Origin: an uncultured Haloferula sp.
Lineage (GTDB): Bacteria; Verrucomicrobiota; Verrucomicrobiia; Verrucomicrobiales; Akkermansiaceae
Direction: 5' to 3'
Length of the DNA stretch: 64,000 nucleotides
NCBI GenBank assembly: GCA_965652295.1
Contig: CBFGTS010000005.1
Location: 96,001-160,000, forward strand
The notes under the pieces were generated by a model. It was not told where the DNA came from. It made no database searches and saw only the letters and a program-made list of their open reading frames with translations. This document shows, in pieces, positions 1 through 9,518 of this stretch (position 1 is the first letter of the stretch; every line of letters begins with the position of its first letter). A program made the position numbers and the translations under genes.

Positions 1-1
1 C

Positions 2-1168
2 GAAATCGCCGCGCCCGGGATCGAGGGCTACGAGTACGGCGAGCCCCGTAGGTACGAGATCGAAACGCAGCATCTCGACGAGCTGGCCGTGTTTTCCTCC
101 AGCTACGCGCTGCCCGCCGGCGTGGTGGCTCCCGGCCATACCTACCGCGTGCGGGTGCAGCATGAGGATGTGACGGGACGCACCAGCCATTGGTCGGAGC
201 CGGTCGAGTTCACCGTGACCGGCGCGGACGTTTCCGTGCTGGCCTCGAACCTGGTGGTTTCCGAAGTCCACTACCACCCGGCGAATCCGAGTGGCGACGA
301 GCTTCTGGTGGCGGACAATGACGGCGAGTTCGAATTCCTCGAGCTGACCAATGTCTCCGACACGCTCACGCTCGATCTCTCCGGGCTGTCGTTCACCGAA
401 GGGATCAGCTTTGATTTCGCCACCGCCCCGATCCAATCCCTCGCGCCGGGCGAAAGCGTGGTGATCGTGAGCAACGCGGCGGCTTTCGGAGCGAGATATG
501 GCAGCGGCCTGCCCGTGGCCGGCGAGTATGGGGGGGCGCTCAACAACGGCGGCGAGCAGCTCGTGCTGTCGTACGCGGTGACCACCCCGCTGATCGATTT
601 CACCTATGACGACGCCGCGCCGTGGCCGACCGAGCCGGATGGCGATGGCGTTTCGCTGGTGCTCGTCGAGCCGCGATCGGTGCCGGATCACACGCTCGCT
701 TCGAGCTGGACCGCGGGTGCCGTGATGCACGGCACTCCGGGCGCGCTTGAGAGCACCGCCCCGACCTTCGCCTCGTGGAGCGCCGATGTCTTTTCTGCCG
801 CCGAGCTGGCGGACGACGGGATCTCGGGTACCGGAGCCGATCCGGACGGCGATGGCTTGGTGAACCTGCTGGAGTTCGCCCTCGGCCTCGATCCAAAGGC
901 TTCCGACGCGGCCGACGCGGTCACCGGTGGCATGGTGAACCTCGGCGGTCAGAATTTCCTCGCGCTCACCTTCCGCCGCCGGGTGGAAAGGGAGCACCTC
1001 GTTTACACGGTCGAGTCTTCGCCGGATCTGGCCAGCTGGACGCCGGCCGGGGGTGTGGAGTTTGAGGTCATCGATGAAGGAAACGGTTTCGAAACCGTGA
1101 CGATCCGCTCCGGCACCCAGGTGGGTGCGGAAGCGGAATTCCTGCGGCTGGCGGTAAGCGAGCCGTGA
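2..1168 (+). CDS. 5'-truncated large secreted protein with lamin-tail domain (LTD), DPDGDG Ca-binding motif and C-terminal 'FLR' domain (CotH/LTD-type architecture)
   Basis: Frame is open from position 2 (EIAAPGIEGY...). LTD motifs LVVSEVHYHP, EFLELTN, LNNGGE; DPDGDGLVNLLEFALGLDP; ends YTVESSPDLASW...EFLRLAVSEP. Confidence 0.8.
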   Translation, partial: EIAAPGIEGYEYGEPRRYEIETQHLDELAVFSSSYALPAGVVAPGHTYRVRVQHEDVTGRTSHWSEPVEFTVTGADVSVLASNLVVSEVHYHPANPSGDELLVADNDGEFEFLELTNVSDTLTLDLSGLSFTEGISFDFATAPIQSLAPGESVVIVSNAAAFGARYGSGLPVAGEYGGALNNGGEQLVLSYAVTTPLIDFTYDDAAPWPTEPDGDGVSLVLVEPRSVPDHTLASSWTAGAVMHGTPGALESTAPTFASWSADVFSAAELADDGISGTGADPDGDGLVNLLEFALGLDPKASDAADAVTGGMVNLGGQNFLALTFRRRVEREHLVYTVESSPDLASWTPAGGVEFEVIDEGNGFETVTIRSGTQVGAEAEFLRLAVSEP

Positions 1169-1246
1169 TCGGAAGGGCGTTACAAACCCCGTGCCGGATC
1201 ACCGCTCGCCACCGCGCCGGGGCCATGTTACCGCCTTTGCCCGCCG

Positions 1247-3046
1247 ATGACCGAGGAGACCCCACGCCGCAGTTTGCCCGACTGGATGAGGGCGAAGCTG
1301 AGCGATGAGCAGAGGTTTCTCCTTCTCTGCGTGCTCGGCGGTCTCCTCTGCGGGCTGGCGGCGGTGGCCTTCCACCTGGCCATCCACCACATGTTCCATT
1401 GGCTGTGGGAAACGGCACGCTCGCAGCCGCAGGCGGGGTTTTGTGCGATCATGCTCGGCGCGCCCACGCTGGCGGGGCTGCTGGTGGGCATCGGTGTCCG
1501 GTTTTTCGCGCCGAACGCGGCCGGCAGCGGCATTCCGCAGACCAAGGCCGCCTACTACAACCACGGCGGTAAAATCTCCAGCCGCACCGGGGTGTGGCGC
1601 TTCGTGCTCGGCGCGCTCTACGTCGGCCTCGGCAACAGCCTCGGGCGCGAGGGCCCCACGGTGCACATCAGCACGGCGATCACCTCGCGCATCGGACGCT
1701 GGGCTTTCCGCGACCCCACGCGGATCCAGTCGATGGCTCCGGTCGGCATGGCGGCGGGCATCGCCGCGGCCTTCAACGCGCCGCTCTCCGCGCTGACCTT
1801 CGTGTTCGAGGAGCTGCTGGACAATTTCTCGATGAAAGCCCTCGGCGGAATGGTCGTCGCGGTGGTCGTCGCTGCCGCTGTTTCCCGCACGCTGCTAGGG
1901 GAGGATCCGGTGATCACCGCCCGGATCGCCGAAGACTACCACACTTCCTGGTGGATGCTCGTCGCGCTGCCGCTGGGTCTCGCGTCCGGCTTGATCGGGC
2001 ACGGCTTCGTCAAGGGAATCCTCGGCATCCGCGAGGCATTTCGGGAGCGGCAGTTTCTTCCCACGTGGATCCGGCCTGCGGTCGGCGGGCTCGCTTGCGG
2101 GCTTCTCGGGCTCGCGGCGTACTATCTCACCCGGGACATGGGCGATGCCCGCAGCTCGGTTTTCAGCATCGGTTACGACAGCCTTGAGGCGGCCTTCGAA
2201 AACAAGCTGACGGTCGGCATCCTGCTCGTGCTGCTGGTGATGAAATTCGTCGCCGTGGTGCTGAACTACGCGACCGGCGGCTCCGGCGGCCTGTTTTCTC
2301 CGACGCTTTTCCTCGGCGGCATGCTGGGCGCGCTCGTCGGGGTCGGACTTGCCGACCTGCAGCACGTGATCCAGTGGATTCCGATGTTTCCCAGCGATGG
2401 CAAAGTCATCGGTGGCTGCGTCCTGCTCGGCATGGGGGCGATGTTTGCCGCCGTGGTGAGGTGCCCTTTCACCTCGCTGATCATCATTTTCGAAATGACC
2501 GGCAACTACTCGTTGATCCTTCCGCTGATGGCGGGGAACATGCTCGCCTGGCAGATCGCGAAGAAGCTTCAGCCGGTCAGCATCTACAACGCGCTGCTGC
2601 TCCAGGATGGCGTTACGTTGCGCCGCATGCCCGCCTACCGCGGTGCGCAGGACTACCGCAAGCTGCCCGTGAAAGTCATCATGAGTCATGAACCCTTCGT
2701 CATCCACGCGGCCGAGTCCCCCGCGGCGGCGTTGAAGAGGATCCAGGCCGAGGCCAAGCGCTTCCATGCCTACCCCGTGACCGGACCGGACGACGGACTG
2801 CGCGGGGTCATCACCCTCCACGAGCTGGAGGAGAACCCGGAGGCCGCCGCCGTTTCCGAGCTGATGAACGGCCAGCGGCTCACCAGCGTGACCATCGAGA
2901 CCTCCATCCGCGACGCCGCCAACCGCATGATCGCCCGCGACATCCAGCAGGTTCCCGTGGTCAGCCCCGTCGATCCCCGCAAGCTCCTCGGCTGGCTCAC
3001 CCTCAACGACATCGCCCGCCAGCAGAACGCGGCGGAGGAGGTGTAG
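1247..3046 (+). CDS. ClC-family chloride/H+ antiporter with C-terminal CBS pair
   Basis: ClC signatures GSGIP, GREGP (gating Glu), FVFEEL (proton-Glu region), GGLFSP, IYNALL; two CBS-like repeats at the C-terminus. Confidence 0.93.
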   Translation: MTEETPRRSLPDWMRAKLSDEQRFLLLCVLGGLLCGLAAVAFHLAIHHMFHWLWETARSQPQAGFCAIMLGAPTLAGLLVGIGVRFFAPNAAGSGIPQTKAAYYNHGGKISSRTGVWRFVLGALYVGLGNSLGREGPTVHISTAITSRIGRWAFRDPTRIQSMAPVGMAAGIAAAFNAPLSALTFVFEELLDNFSMKALGGMVVAVVVAAAVSRTLLGEDPVITARIAEDYHTSWWMLVALPLGLASGLIGHGFVKGILGIREAFRERQFLPTWIRPAVGGLACGLLGLAAYYLTRDMGDARSSVFSIGYDSLEAAFENKLTVGILLVLLVMKFVAVVLNYATGGSGGLFSPTLFLGGMLGALVGVGLADLQHVIQWIPMFPSDGKVIGGCVLLGMGAMFAAVVRCPFTSLIIIFEMTGNYSLILPLMAGNMLAWQIAKKLQPVSIYNALLLQDGVTLRRMPAYRGAQDYRKLPVKVIMSHEPFVIHAAESPAAALKRIQAEAKRFHAYPVTGPDDGLRGVITLHELEENPEAAAVSELMNGQRLTSVTIETSIRDAANRMIARDIQQVPVVSPVDPRKLLGWLTLNDIARQQNAAEEV

Positions 3047-3123
3047 GAAAGCGGAGCCAGAACTCCGCCTTCGCGGTTTCCCTTTGCAAGCCGTACCTCA
3101 TCGGCGATGAAAAGGATGACGGT

Positions 3124-4929
3124 ATGAGCGTTTCCGACTTCCAGCTTTGGTTCACCTTCGGCGTCTTGGGCGTGGTGTTTCTCTGCTTCATCCGGGAGTG
3201 GGTGGCGACCGAGCTGGCGGCGCTCGGGGGGATGGCGGTGCTGATCGTGACCGGAATCCTCGGGGAAGCGGAAATCACCGGGGTTTTCTCCAACTCCGCG
3301 CCGCTGACCATCGGTGCCATGTTCGTGCTGGCGAGCGCGCTGACCCGCACCGGCGCGATCGATTGGCTCGCGGAGCGTTTCATCAGCTGGGCCGGCACGT
3401 CCATGACCCGCGTGCTACTGGTGCTGGCGCTGATCGTCGTGCCGCTCTCCGGCTTTCTCAACAACACGCCGGTGGTGGTCGTGTTCCTGCCCGTGATCAT
3501 GGCCTTCTGCCGGCGCTCCGGCATGCGCGCCAGCAAGCTGCTCATCCCGCTTTCATTTCTCAGCATCCTCGGCGGCACCACCACGCTGATCGGCACCTCG
3601 ACCAACCTGCTCGTCGCCGGGGTGGCGAAGGAGCACGATCAGCCGCCCTTCGGGATCTTCGAGATCACCGGCCTCGGCGCGATCTATGCGATCGTCGGGT
3701 TCGTCTACCTCTACTTCATCGGACGCCACCTGCTTCCGGACCGAGATACGGTGAGCAGCCTCCTGGACGCCGAGGATACCCGCCAGTTCTGCAGCGCGGT
3801 GGAAATCACGGAGGGCTCCCCGCTGGCCGGCACACGGCTCATCGAGTCCCCGCTTTTCTCCGATAAGCATCGTACGATGGTGTACGAAGTTGCCCGGCAC
3901 GGCCGCCGCGTCGAGGACATCCCGCTCGACGCACTGGTCCTGCACGAGCGCGACCTCCTCTGGTTCCGGGCCTCGGCGAAGCTGCTGGCGCAAATCCGCG
4001 AGACCAAGGGCGTGCAGATGCTTCACGAAAAGGTCGGAGCCGACGAAACCGCAGATGATGAAGGTGGCGGCCCCGAGGTGAAGACCGTCGAGGCAATCAT
4101 CGGTCCACGCAGTTCGCTGCTCGGAAGGTCGATCCGCGAGTCCGGCATCCGCCGCCGCTTCGGCGTGGTCGTCGCCGCCGTCCACCGCCGCGGCGTCAAC
4201 ATCGCCGAGAGTTACCAGGACGTTCCGTTGGCCTTCGGTGACACGCTGCTGCTGGAAGGCCCCGTTCACAACCTCCTCCGGCTGAGCCAGGAGGACGATT
4301 TTCTGAGCCTCAACGAGACCCAGGTCCAGGCGGTGCGGAAGTCCCGGGTGTTCTTGGCCACCGGCATCCTCCTGGCCGTGGTGCTCGCCGCGGCCAGTGG
4401 GTTGATGTCGATCACCGGAGCGGTGCTCGTCGGAGCCGTCACGGCCATCCTGACCCGCTGCGTCGATCTGCGGGAGGCCTACCGCAGCATCGAATGGAAC
4501 ATCCTTTTCCTCATCTACGGCATGCTGGGTATCGGCAAGGCAATGGAGGTGACCGGCGGGGCCGAAATGCTCGCCAACCTCACCGTCGCCGCCATGGAAA
4601 GGCATGGACCGCTGGCGATCCTGGCGGCGATCTACCTGCTTTCCTCCCTGCTCACCGAAGTCGTCACCAACAATGCCGTGGCGATCCTGTTGACCCCGGT
4701 GGTCATCTCGATCGCCGCCGCGCTGGAGGTCGACGCCCGCCCGTTCATCGTCGCGATCATGTTCGGTGCCAGCGCGAGCTTCCTCACTCCGATCGGCTAT
4801 CAGACGAATACCTATGTCTATGGTGCCGGCGGTTACCGGTTCCAGGATTTCGTGAAAGTCGGCCTCCCTCTGAATCTGCTCATGTGGGGCATCGCCGTGC
4901 TGCTGATCCCGCGCTTCTGGCCGTTTTGA
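3124..4929 (+). CDS. SLC13/DASS-family permease with two TrkA-C (RCK-C) domains
   Basis: LSGFLNNT, GGTTTLIGTSTNL, TNNAVA, FLTPIGYQTN motifs; central soluble TrkA-C repeats (SPLAG..., SSLLGRSI...GDTLLLEG). Confidence 0.92.
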   Translation: MSVSDFQLWFTFGVLGVVFLCFIREWVATELAALGGMAVLIVTGILGEAEITGVFSNSAPLTIGAMFVLASALTRTGAIDWLAERFISWAGTSMTRVLLVLALIVVPLSGFLNNTPVVVVFLPVIMAFCRRSGMRASKLLIPLSFLSILGGTTTLIGTSTNLLVAGVAKEHDQPPFGIFEITGLGAIYAIVGFVYLYFIGRHLLPDRDTVSSLLDAEDTRQFCSAVEITEGSPLAGTRLIESPLFSDKHRTMVYEVARHGRRVEDIPLDALVLHERDLLWFRASAKLLAQIRETKGVQMLHEKVGADETADDEGGGPEVKTVEAIIGPRSSLLGRSIRESGIRRRFGVVVAAVHRRGVNIAESYQDVPLAFGDTLLLEGPVHNLLRLSQEDDFLSLNETQVQAVRKSRVFLATGILLAVVLAAASGLMSITGAVLVGAVTAILTRCVDLREAYRSIEWNILFLIYGMLGIGKAMEVTGGAEMLANLTVAAMERHGPLAILAAIYLLSSLLTEVVTNNAVAILLTPVVISIAAALEVDARPFIVAIMFGASASFLTPIGYQTNTYVYGAGGYRFQDFVKVGLPLNLLMWGIAVLLIPRFWPF

Positions 4930-4930
4930 T

Positions 4931-5001
4931 TTCCGGAGCAGCGGCATTCCTGCCGCTGGAGACTCCGGGAATTCATCATCAGGAATGCCGCTGCTCCGGA
5001 A
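4931..5001. repeat. REP/REPIN-like element: perfect 22-bp inverted repeat between convergent genes, possibly a bidirectional terminator
   Basis: TTCCGGAGCAGCGGCATTCCTG (4931-4952) and its exact reverse complement (4980-5001); the left arm is also part of the hairpin CAGCGGCA-TTCC-TGCCGCTG. Confidence 0.8.
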
Positions 5002-5859
5002 TCAATGATCCTCCACCCGGAGCGTGGTACTGAGGATGTGGCTGCCGCCGGGAGCGAGGATGATGGCGCGGTCGTTGGCAATGGCGGCCTCGACGCAGAC
5101 GAAGTCCTGGTAGCCTTCGTCGGGCAGGTCGCCGAGGGCGGCGGCTTTCTCGACCCACGGGTTCCAGACCACCGTCGAGGGGCTCCCCTCCTTTTCCACC
5201 ACGATCACCCGCTCGAAGCCGGGATCGACCAGGAGCGTGCTACTATCGTTCTCGTAGATCCGGTCCACCTCGCGGTCGAAATGGACGAGTCCCTCCTGGA
5301 TCCGCTCGGTCGGCGGGCCGACGGTGTCGAGGTAGATATCGCCATCGAGGCCGTCGATCTGGACGTTCTCGATGGCGGAAACCGTGAGATAGGTGTGGAG
5401 GGCGCCGGAGAGGGATGCGGGTTTCTCGCCGAGGTTGGTGGTATCGAGCACGAGCTGGAGGATTTCGCCGAGAAAGATATCGGCGAGAACAGCGAGATCG
5501 TCGACCCGGAAACTCAGCCGCAGGGTGACGCCGCTTTCGTCCTCGTCCGCCGAGTCGAGCGTCCAGAAGGCCGTCCGGGCGTGACCGTGGGAAGGCAGGG
5601 TGGAGTCACTCGGATGGGCATTGAACCACGGCCAGCAGATGGGGATGCCGCCGCGGATCGCCTTTCCCTCACGGAGTAAGGCCTCGGGGCTGAGGTAGAG
5701 CACCGGTGCCACGGCTGAAGTCGGCTGCCATTCCATGATGTGCGCTCCGTGAAGGGCCACACGCGCCTGACATAGCGGATGATGGATTTCCACGACCGGG
5801 TAGCCGGGCACGGGCTCGGCCAGACGGATGGATGGCGGAAACTTGGGAAAGGGCTGCAT
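5002..5859 (-). CDS. D-hexose-6-phosphate mutarotase (glucose-6-phosphate 1-epimerase, YeaD-like)
   Basis: GKAIRGGIPICWPWF, HGHAR, ALHTY, EVDRIY, VVWNPW, FVCVE motifs; start placed at MQPF (5859). Confidence 0.9.
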   Translation of the reverse strand: MQPFPKFPPSIRLAEPVPGYPVVEIHHPLCQARVALHGAHIMEWQPTSAVAPVLYLSPEALLREGKAIRGGIPICWPWFNAHPSDSTLPSHGHARTAFWTLDSADEDESGVTLRLSFRVDDLAVLADIFLGEILQLVLDTTNLGEKPASLSGALHTYLTVSAIENVQIDGLDGDIYLDTVGPPTERIQEGLVHFDREVDRIYENDSSTLLVDPGFERVIVVEKEGSPSTVVWNPWVEKAAALGDLPDEGYQDFVCVEAAIANDRAIILAPGGSHILSTTLRVEDH

Positions 5860-5987
5860 TGAGCCGGATACTGGAGCGGTTCCCGGGATGGCGCAAAGCG
5901 GGAGCGTGTGATTCTCTGTCAGCACGCGGCCGCTGGCGCGGACCGCTTTATCTTCCCTCGCCGCCGTCCAATCCCTATGTCGGAGCT

Positions 5988-7982
5988 ATGAGAAAGATGG
6001 TGAAGTTCCTGACATGCGGCGGCCTGGCTCTCGCGGCGCTGATTCCCACCCTTTCGCCTGCGGCGGAAATGGCGCGCACCATCCTGGTTCTGGACGCCTC
6101 CGGCAGCATGTGGGGGCGGATCGACGGACGGCCGAAGATCGAGATCGCCCGCGAGGTGATCGGCAAGCTGGTGGACGATCTGCCGGAGGGCACCGAGCTG
6201 GGTCTGGTGACCTACGGGCATCGGAAAAAGGGAGACTGCGAGGACATCGAGCTGCTCGTCGAGCCATCGAAGCTCGACCGCGCTGCCTTCAAGAAGACAG
6301 TCAACGCCATCCAGCCGAAAGGCATGACGCCGCTGACTTCCGCCGTGGTGTTCGCCGCCGAAAACCTGCGTTCCACCGAGCTGAAGGCCACCGTGATTCT
6401 CGTGACCGATGGGGAGGAGACCTGTGATCGCGACCCCTGTGAGGCGGCGCAAACCCTGGAGGAGACGGGTGTCGATTTCACTGCTCACGTCGTGGCCTTC
6501 GACCTCGATGACAAGGCCGCGAAGTCCGTGGAATGCCTGGCCAAGGGCACGGGCGGACTTTTCCTCAAGGCGGACAACGCCACGACGCTGGCCGACGCGC
6601 TGCAGATGGTCATCGAGCCCGAGCCCGAGGAACCGCCGATGGAAGAGCCCGGCGAGGCCACCGTCAGCGGTCCGGAAACCGTGGTGGCCGGCAGCGAATT
6701 CGAGGCGACTTGGACCGGACCGGACGAAAGGGGCGACTACCTGACGATCGTCCCGAAAAAGTTCGAGGACGGTGCCTACCGGAATTACGAGTACACCCGT
6801 AGCGGGAGCCCCTTGAAGATCACGGCCATCCTGGATGAAGGCCCGGCGGAGCTGCGCTACATGCACGGCCGCACCGGCAAGGTCCTGGGTCGGGCGGACA
6901 TCGGGGTGGTGCCGGCGGAGGTTTCATTGAAGGCACCGGAAGCCGCGGTGGCGGGATCCGGGGTGGCGATCGAGTGGACCGGTCCGGACAACCGGGGCGA
7001 CTACCTCACGATCGTCCCGGTCGATACCGAGGATGGGAAGTATGCGCGCTACGCCTACACCCGGGACGGATCGCCCGCGAAAGTGCCGGCACCGGTGGAG
7101 CCGGGCGACTGCGAGGTGCGCTACATGACTGGCCAGGGCGGGAGGGTACTGGCGCGGGTGCCGTTGAAAGTGACCGCGGCCGAGGTGACGCTCAAGACGG
7201 CGGAAACCGCGGTGGCCGGTGCGGCGGTGCCGGTCGAGTGGACCGGCCCCGACAACCAGGGCGACTACATCACGATCGTCCCGGCCGGGACCGAGGACGG
7301 GAAGTATGCGAAGTACGCCTACACCCGGAGTGGCTCGCCCGCGAAAGTGCCGGCACCGGTGGAGCCCGGCGATTGCGAGGTGCGCTACATGACCGGTCAG
7401 GGCGGCAAGGTGCTGGCGCGGATTCCGCTCAAGGTGACCCCGGCCGAGGTTTCCCTGAGCGCGCCGGAGTCGGTGACGGCGGGGTCGACGGTGACGATCG
7501 AATGGACCGGGCCGGACAATCAGGGCGACTACATCACGGTGGTTTCCAAGGATCTGGAGGACGGGAAATACGCCCGCTACGCCTATACCCGAGCCGGCAG
7601 CCCGGCGAAGGTCGATGCGCCGATCGAGCCCGGCGATGGCGAGGTGCGCTACATGTCCGGCCAAGGAGCGAAGGTGCTGGCGCGGGTGCCGATCAAGGTC
7701 GAGGCGGCCGAGGTTTCCCTGAAAGCGCCGGAAGCGGCCGCGGCGGGATCAGAGGTGACGATCGAGTGGACCGGGCCGGACAACCGGGGCGACTACATCA
7801 CGATCGTGCCGAAGGATCTGGAGGACGGGAAGTATGCGAAGCACGCCTACACCCGTGCCGGCAGTCCGGTGAAGGTCGTGGCTCCCAAGGAACCCGGTGC
7901 CTGCGAAATCCGCTACATGGCCGGCCAAGGCGACAAGGTCCTCGCGCGCGTGCCGATTGAGATCGAGGCGGGAGAGCCGTAA
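5988..7982 (+). CDS. Secreted VWA-domain protein with five tandem 88-aa Ig-like repeats
   Basis: Signal peptide MRKMVK...SPA; MIDAS DASGSM, GMTPL, LVTDG; five WTGPD..GDY repeats. Confidence 0.88.
   Translation: MRKMVKFLTCGGLALAALIPTLSPAAEMARTILVLDASGSMWGRIDGRPKIEIAREVIGKLVDDLPEGTELGLVTYGHRKKGDCEDIELLVEPSKLDRAAFKKTVNAIQPKGMTPLTSAVVFAAENLRSTELKATVILVTDGEETCDRDPCEAAQTLEETGVDFTAHVVAFDLDDKAAKSVECLAKGTGGLFLKADNATTLADALQMVIEPEPEEPPMEEPGEATVSGPETVVAGSEFEATWTGPDERGDYLTIVPKKFEDGAYRNYEYTRSGSPLKITAILDEGPAELRYMHGRTGKVLGRADIGVVPAEVSLKAPEAAVAGSGVAIEWTGPDNRGDYLTIVPVDTEDGKYARYAYTRDGSPAKVPAPVEPGDCEVRYMTGQGGRVLARVPLKVTAAEVTLKTAETAVAGAAVPVEWTGPDNQGDYITIVPAGTEDGKYAKYAYTRSGSPAKVPAPVEPGDCEVRYMTGQGGKVLARIPLKVTPAEVSLSAPESVTAGSTVTIEWTGPDNQGDYITVVSKDLEDGKYARYAYTRAGSPAKVDAPIEPGDGEVRYMSGQGAKVLARVPIKVEAAEVSLKAPEAAAAGSEVTIEWTGPDNRGDYITIVPKDLEDGKYAKHAYTRAGSPVKVVAPKEPGACEIRYMAGQGDKVLARVPIEIEAGEP
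6651..7970 (+). repeat. Intragenic 264-bp tandem repeat (5 units)
   Basis: Unit starts GC(G/C)GAGGT at 6915, 7179, 7443 and 7707 (264-nt period), plus a more diverged first unit. Confidence 0.9.
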
Positions 7983-8011
7983 AACGGGGCGCTTGGAGCG
8001 GCGAGCAGTTC

Positions 8012-9409
8012 CTAACTGACCATCCCGAGCCGGTAGGCATGGATGGCCACGGGTTCCAAGATCACCTCGACGCCTTCACGGACGACTCGGGCCTCGTGGG
8101 TGCGGGTGGTGATCGTGAGGCGGGGAATCGAGTTTTCCCGGCAGAAATCGAGCCACGGCTTCCAGGTAGCGGGCCGTTGCGCGGGGCGATCGGTATATTT
8201 GATTTCCACGGCTTCCTCCGGGACTAGCCCCGCCGTGAGAGAAACGAGGTCGAGTTCACGGGTTTGTCCGCCGCTTTTCCAGCGTGCGTAGTGCAGGTGC
8301 TCGCCGAGGTGGTGGAAACGTTGGGCGAACACCGCCGTTTCGACGAGGTGCCCGAGACCCTCGCTGCCCTCGGACAGCGGGGCGAAGAGTCCGGTGCGGA
8401 GGGACGGGTTGGTGAGGTAGATCTTGTATTGCCGGTCGCGCTGGAAACGCCCCGCCTTCCGATCGACACGCGTGACGATACGGACGAGGAAGGCTGCTTC
8501 CAGGTAGTCGATGTATTTCCGCAGGGTGTTCTTGGCGACGGCAGAGCTTTTCGCCAGTTCGTCCAGAGAGAGTTCGCCGCCGCTGTTGAGGGCGAGCATG
8601 GTGAAAAGGCGGTGCAATTCGCGCACGTCGGAGATGCCGTAGAGACTGGGCAGGTCGCGCAGCAGCACCTTGTCGATGATATCGGAGCGCATGAAGCGCA
8701 CGGTGTCTTGTTGCGGGGCTTCATGGAGGGCGATCTCGGGATAGCCACCGAAGTTGAGGTAACGGATGAATTCCGCGTTGAGCGCCTCGATGTCGGAGGC
8801 GAAGAGGCCGTTTTCGTCATCGCCGATGAGGTGGTGAAAGCCGCGGAGCTGGATGAACTCGGCGAAGGTCAGCGGTGGCAGTAGGAAGTCGGTGAAGCGG
8901 CCTGCTCCGGATTCCTTGCTGCCCCGGCCGAGGGCTGCATTGGCCGAGCCCGAGACGACGAAGCGGGTGGCACTGCCGGCATCGTGCAGGGTTTTCAGAT
9001 GTTGCTCCCAGTCGCGAAGGTACTGGATCTCGTCAAAGAAGACGAAGCAGCGTTGCGTCCGCCAGTCCGTGCCGGTGACGCGCTGGAAGGCGTCGAGCAG
9101 GATGGAAAGGGGCGAATCGACGTAAACCGGGTTGTCCACCGCGACGTAGAGGATCCGTTCCGGAGCAACGCCGCTGGTCAGCAGTTCACCGATGGCGTGG
9201 TGGATCAGGAAGGTCTTCCCCACGCGACGCGGACCGAGCAGGACGACCTCGCGCCGGACGGACTCCTGTCGGACGAGCCGGAGGAAATCGTCGAGAAACG
9301 AGCGCTGGTACGGGGTCTGGAACCTCCCGGAGAGCGCAGGCAGCTCGTGCCACCACGGGTTCTCCTCGCGGAGGGAGGTTTCCAGCTGTTCGGGGCTGAT
9401 GCGGATCAC
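8012..9409 (-). CDS. AAA_14 ATPase with DUF4143/winged-helix region and C-terminal PD-(D/E)xK-like motif
   Basis: ENPWW, Walker A GPRRVGKT, Walker B FFDEIQ, SGS, GGYPE, K.YLTNPSL, GHLVE, ELDLV...AVEIK; GTG start at 9409 is an estimate. Confidence 0.88.
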   Translation of the reverse strand: MIRISPEQLETSLREENPWWHELPALSGRFQTPYQRSFLDDFLRLVRQESVRREVVLLGPRRVGKTFLIHHAIGELLTSGVAPERILYVAVDNPVYVDSPLSILLDAFQRVTGTDWRTQRCFVFFDEIQYLRDWEQHLKTLHDAGSATRFVVSGSANAALGRGSKESGAGRFTDFLLPPLTFAEFIQLRGFHHLIGDDENGLFASDIEALNAEFIRYLNFGGYPEIALHEAPQQDTVRFMRSDIIDKVLLRDLPSLYGISDVRELHRLFTMLALNSGGELSLDELAKSSAVAKNTLRKYIDYLEAAFLVRIVTRVDRKAGRFQRDRQYKIYLTNPSLRTGLFAPLSEGSEGLGHLVETAVFAQRFHHLGEHLHYARWKSGGQTRELDLVSLTAGLVPEEAVEIKYTDRPAQRPATWKPWLDFCRENSIPRLTITTRTHEARVVREGVEVILEPVAIHAYRLGMVS

Positions 9410-9411
9410 GT

Positions 9412-9472
9412 TAAGATCATTGAATTGATCATAAGCGACGTCAAGAAGGATAAGATCAATCGGGTGATCATA
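9412..9472. promoter_or_regulatory. Two copies of the palindromic box TAAGATCA-N6-TGATCATA upstream of the AAA-DUF4143 gene
   Basis: 9412-9433 TAAGATCA-TTGAAT-TGATCATA and 9451-9472 TAAGATCA-ATCGGG-TGATCATA, in an AT-rich patch. Confidence 0.7.
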
Positions 9473-9518
9473 TATCGGGGGGTGAAATGGCCATCCTGCG
9501 GATACCGCCCACGACGCT

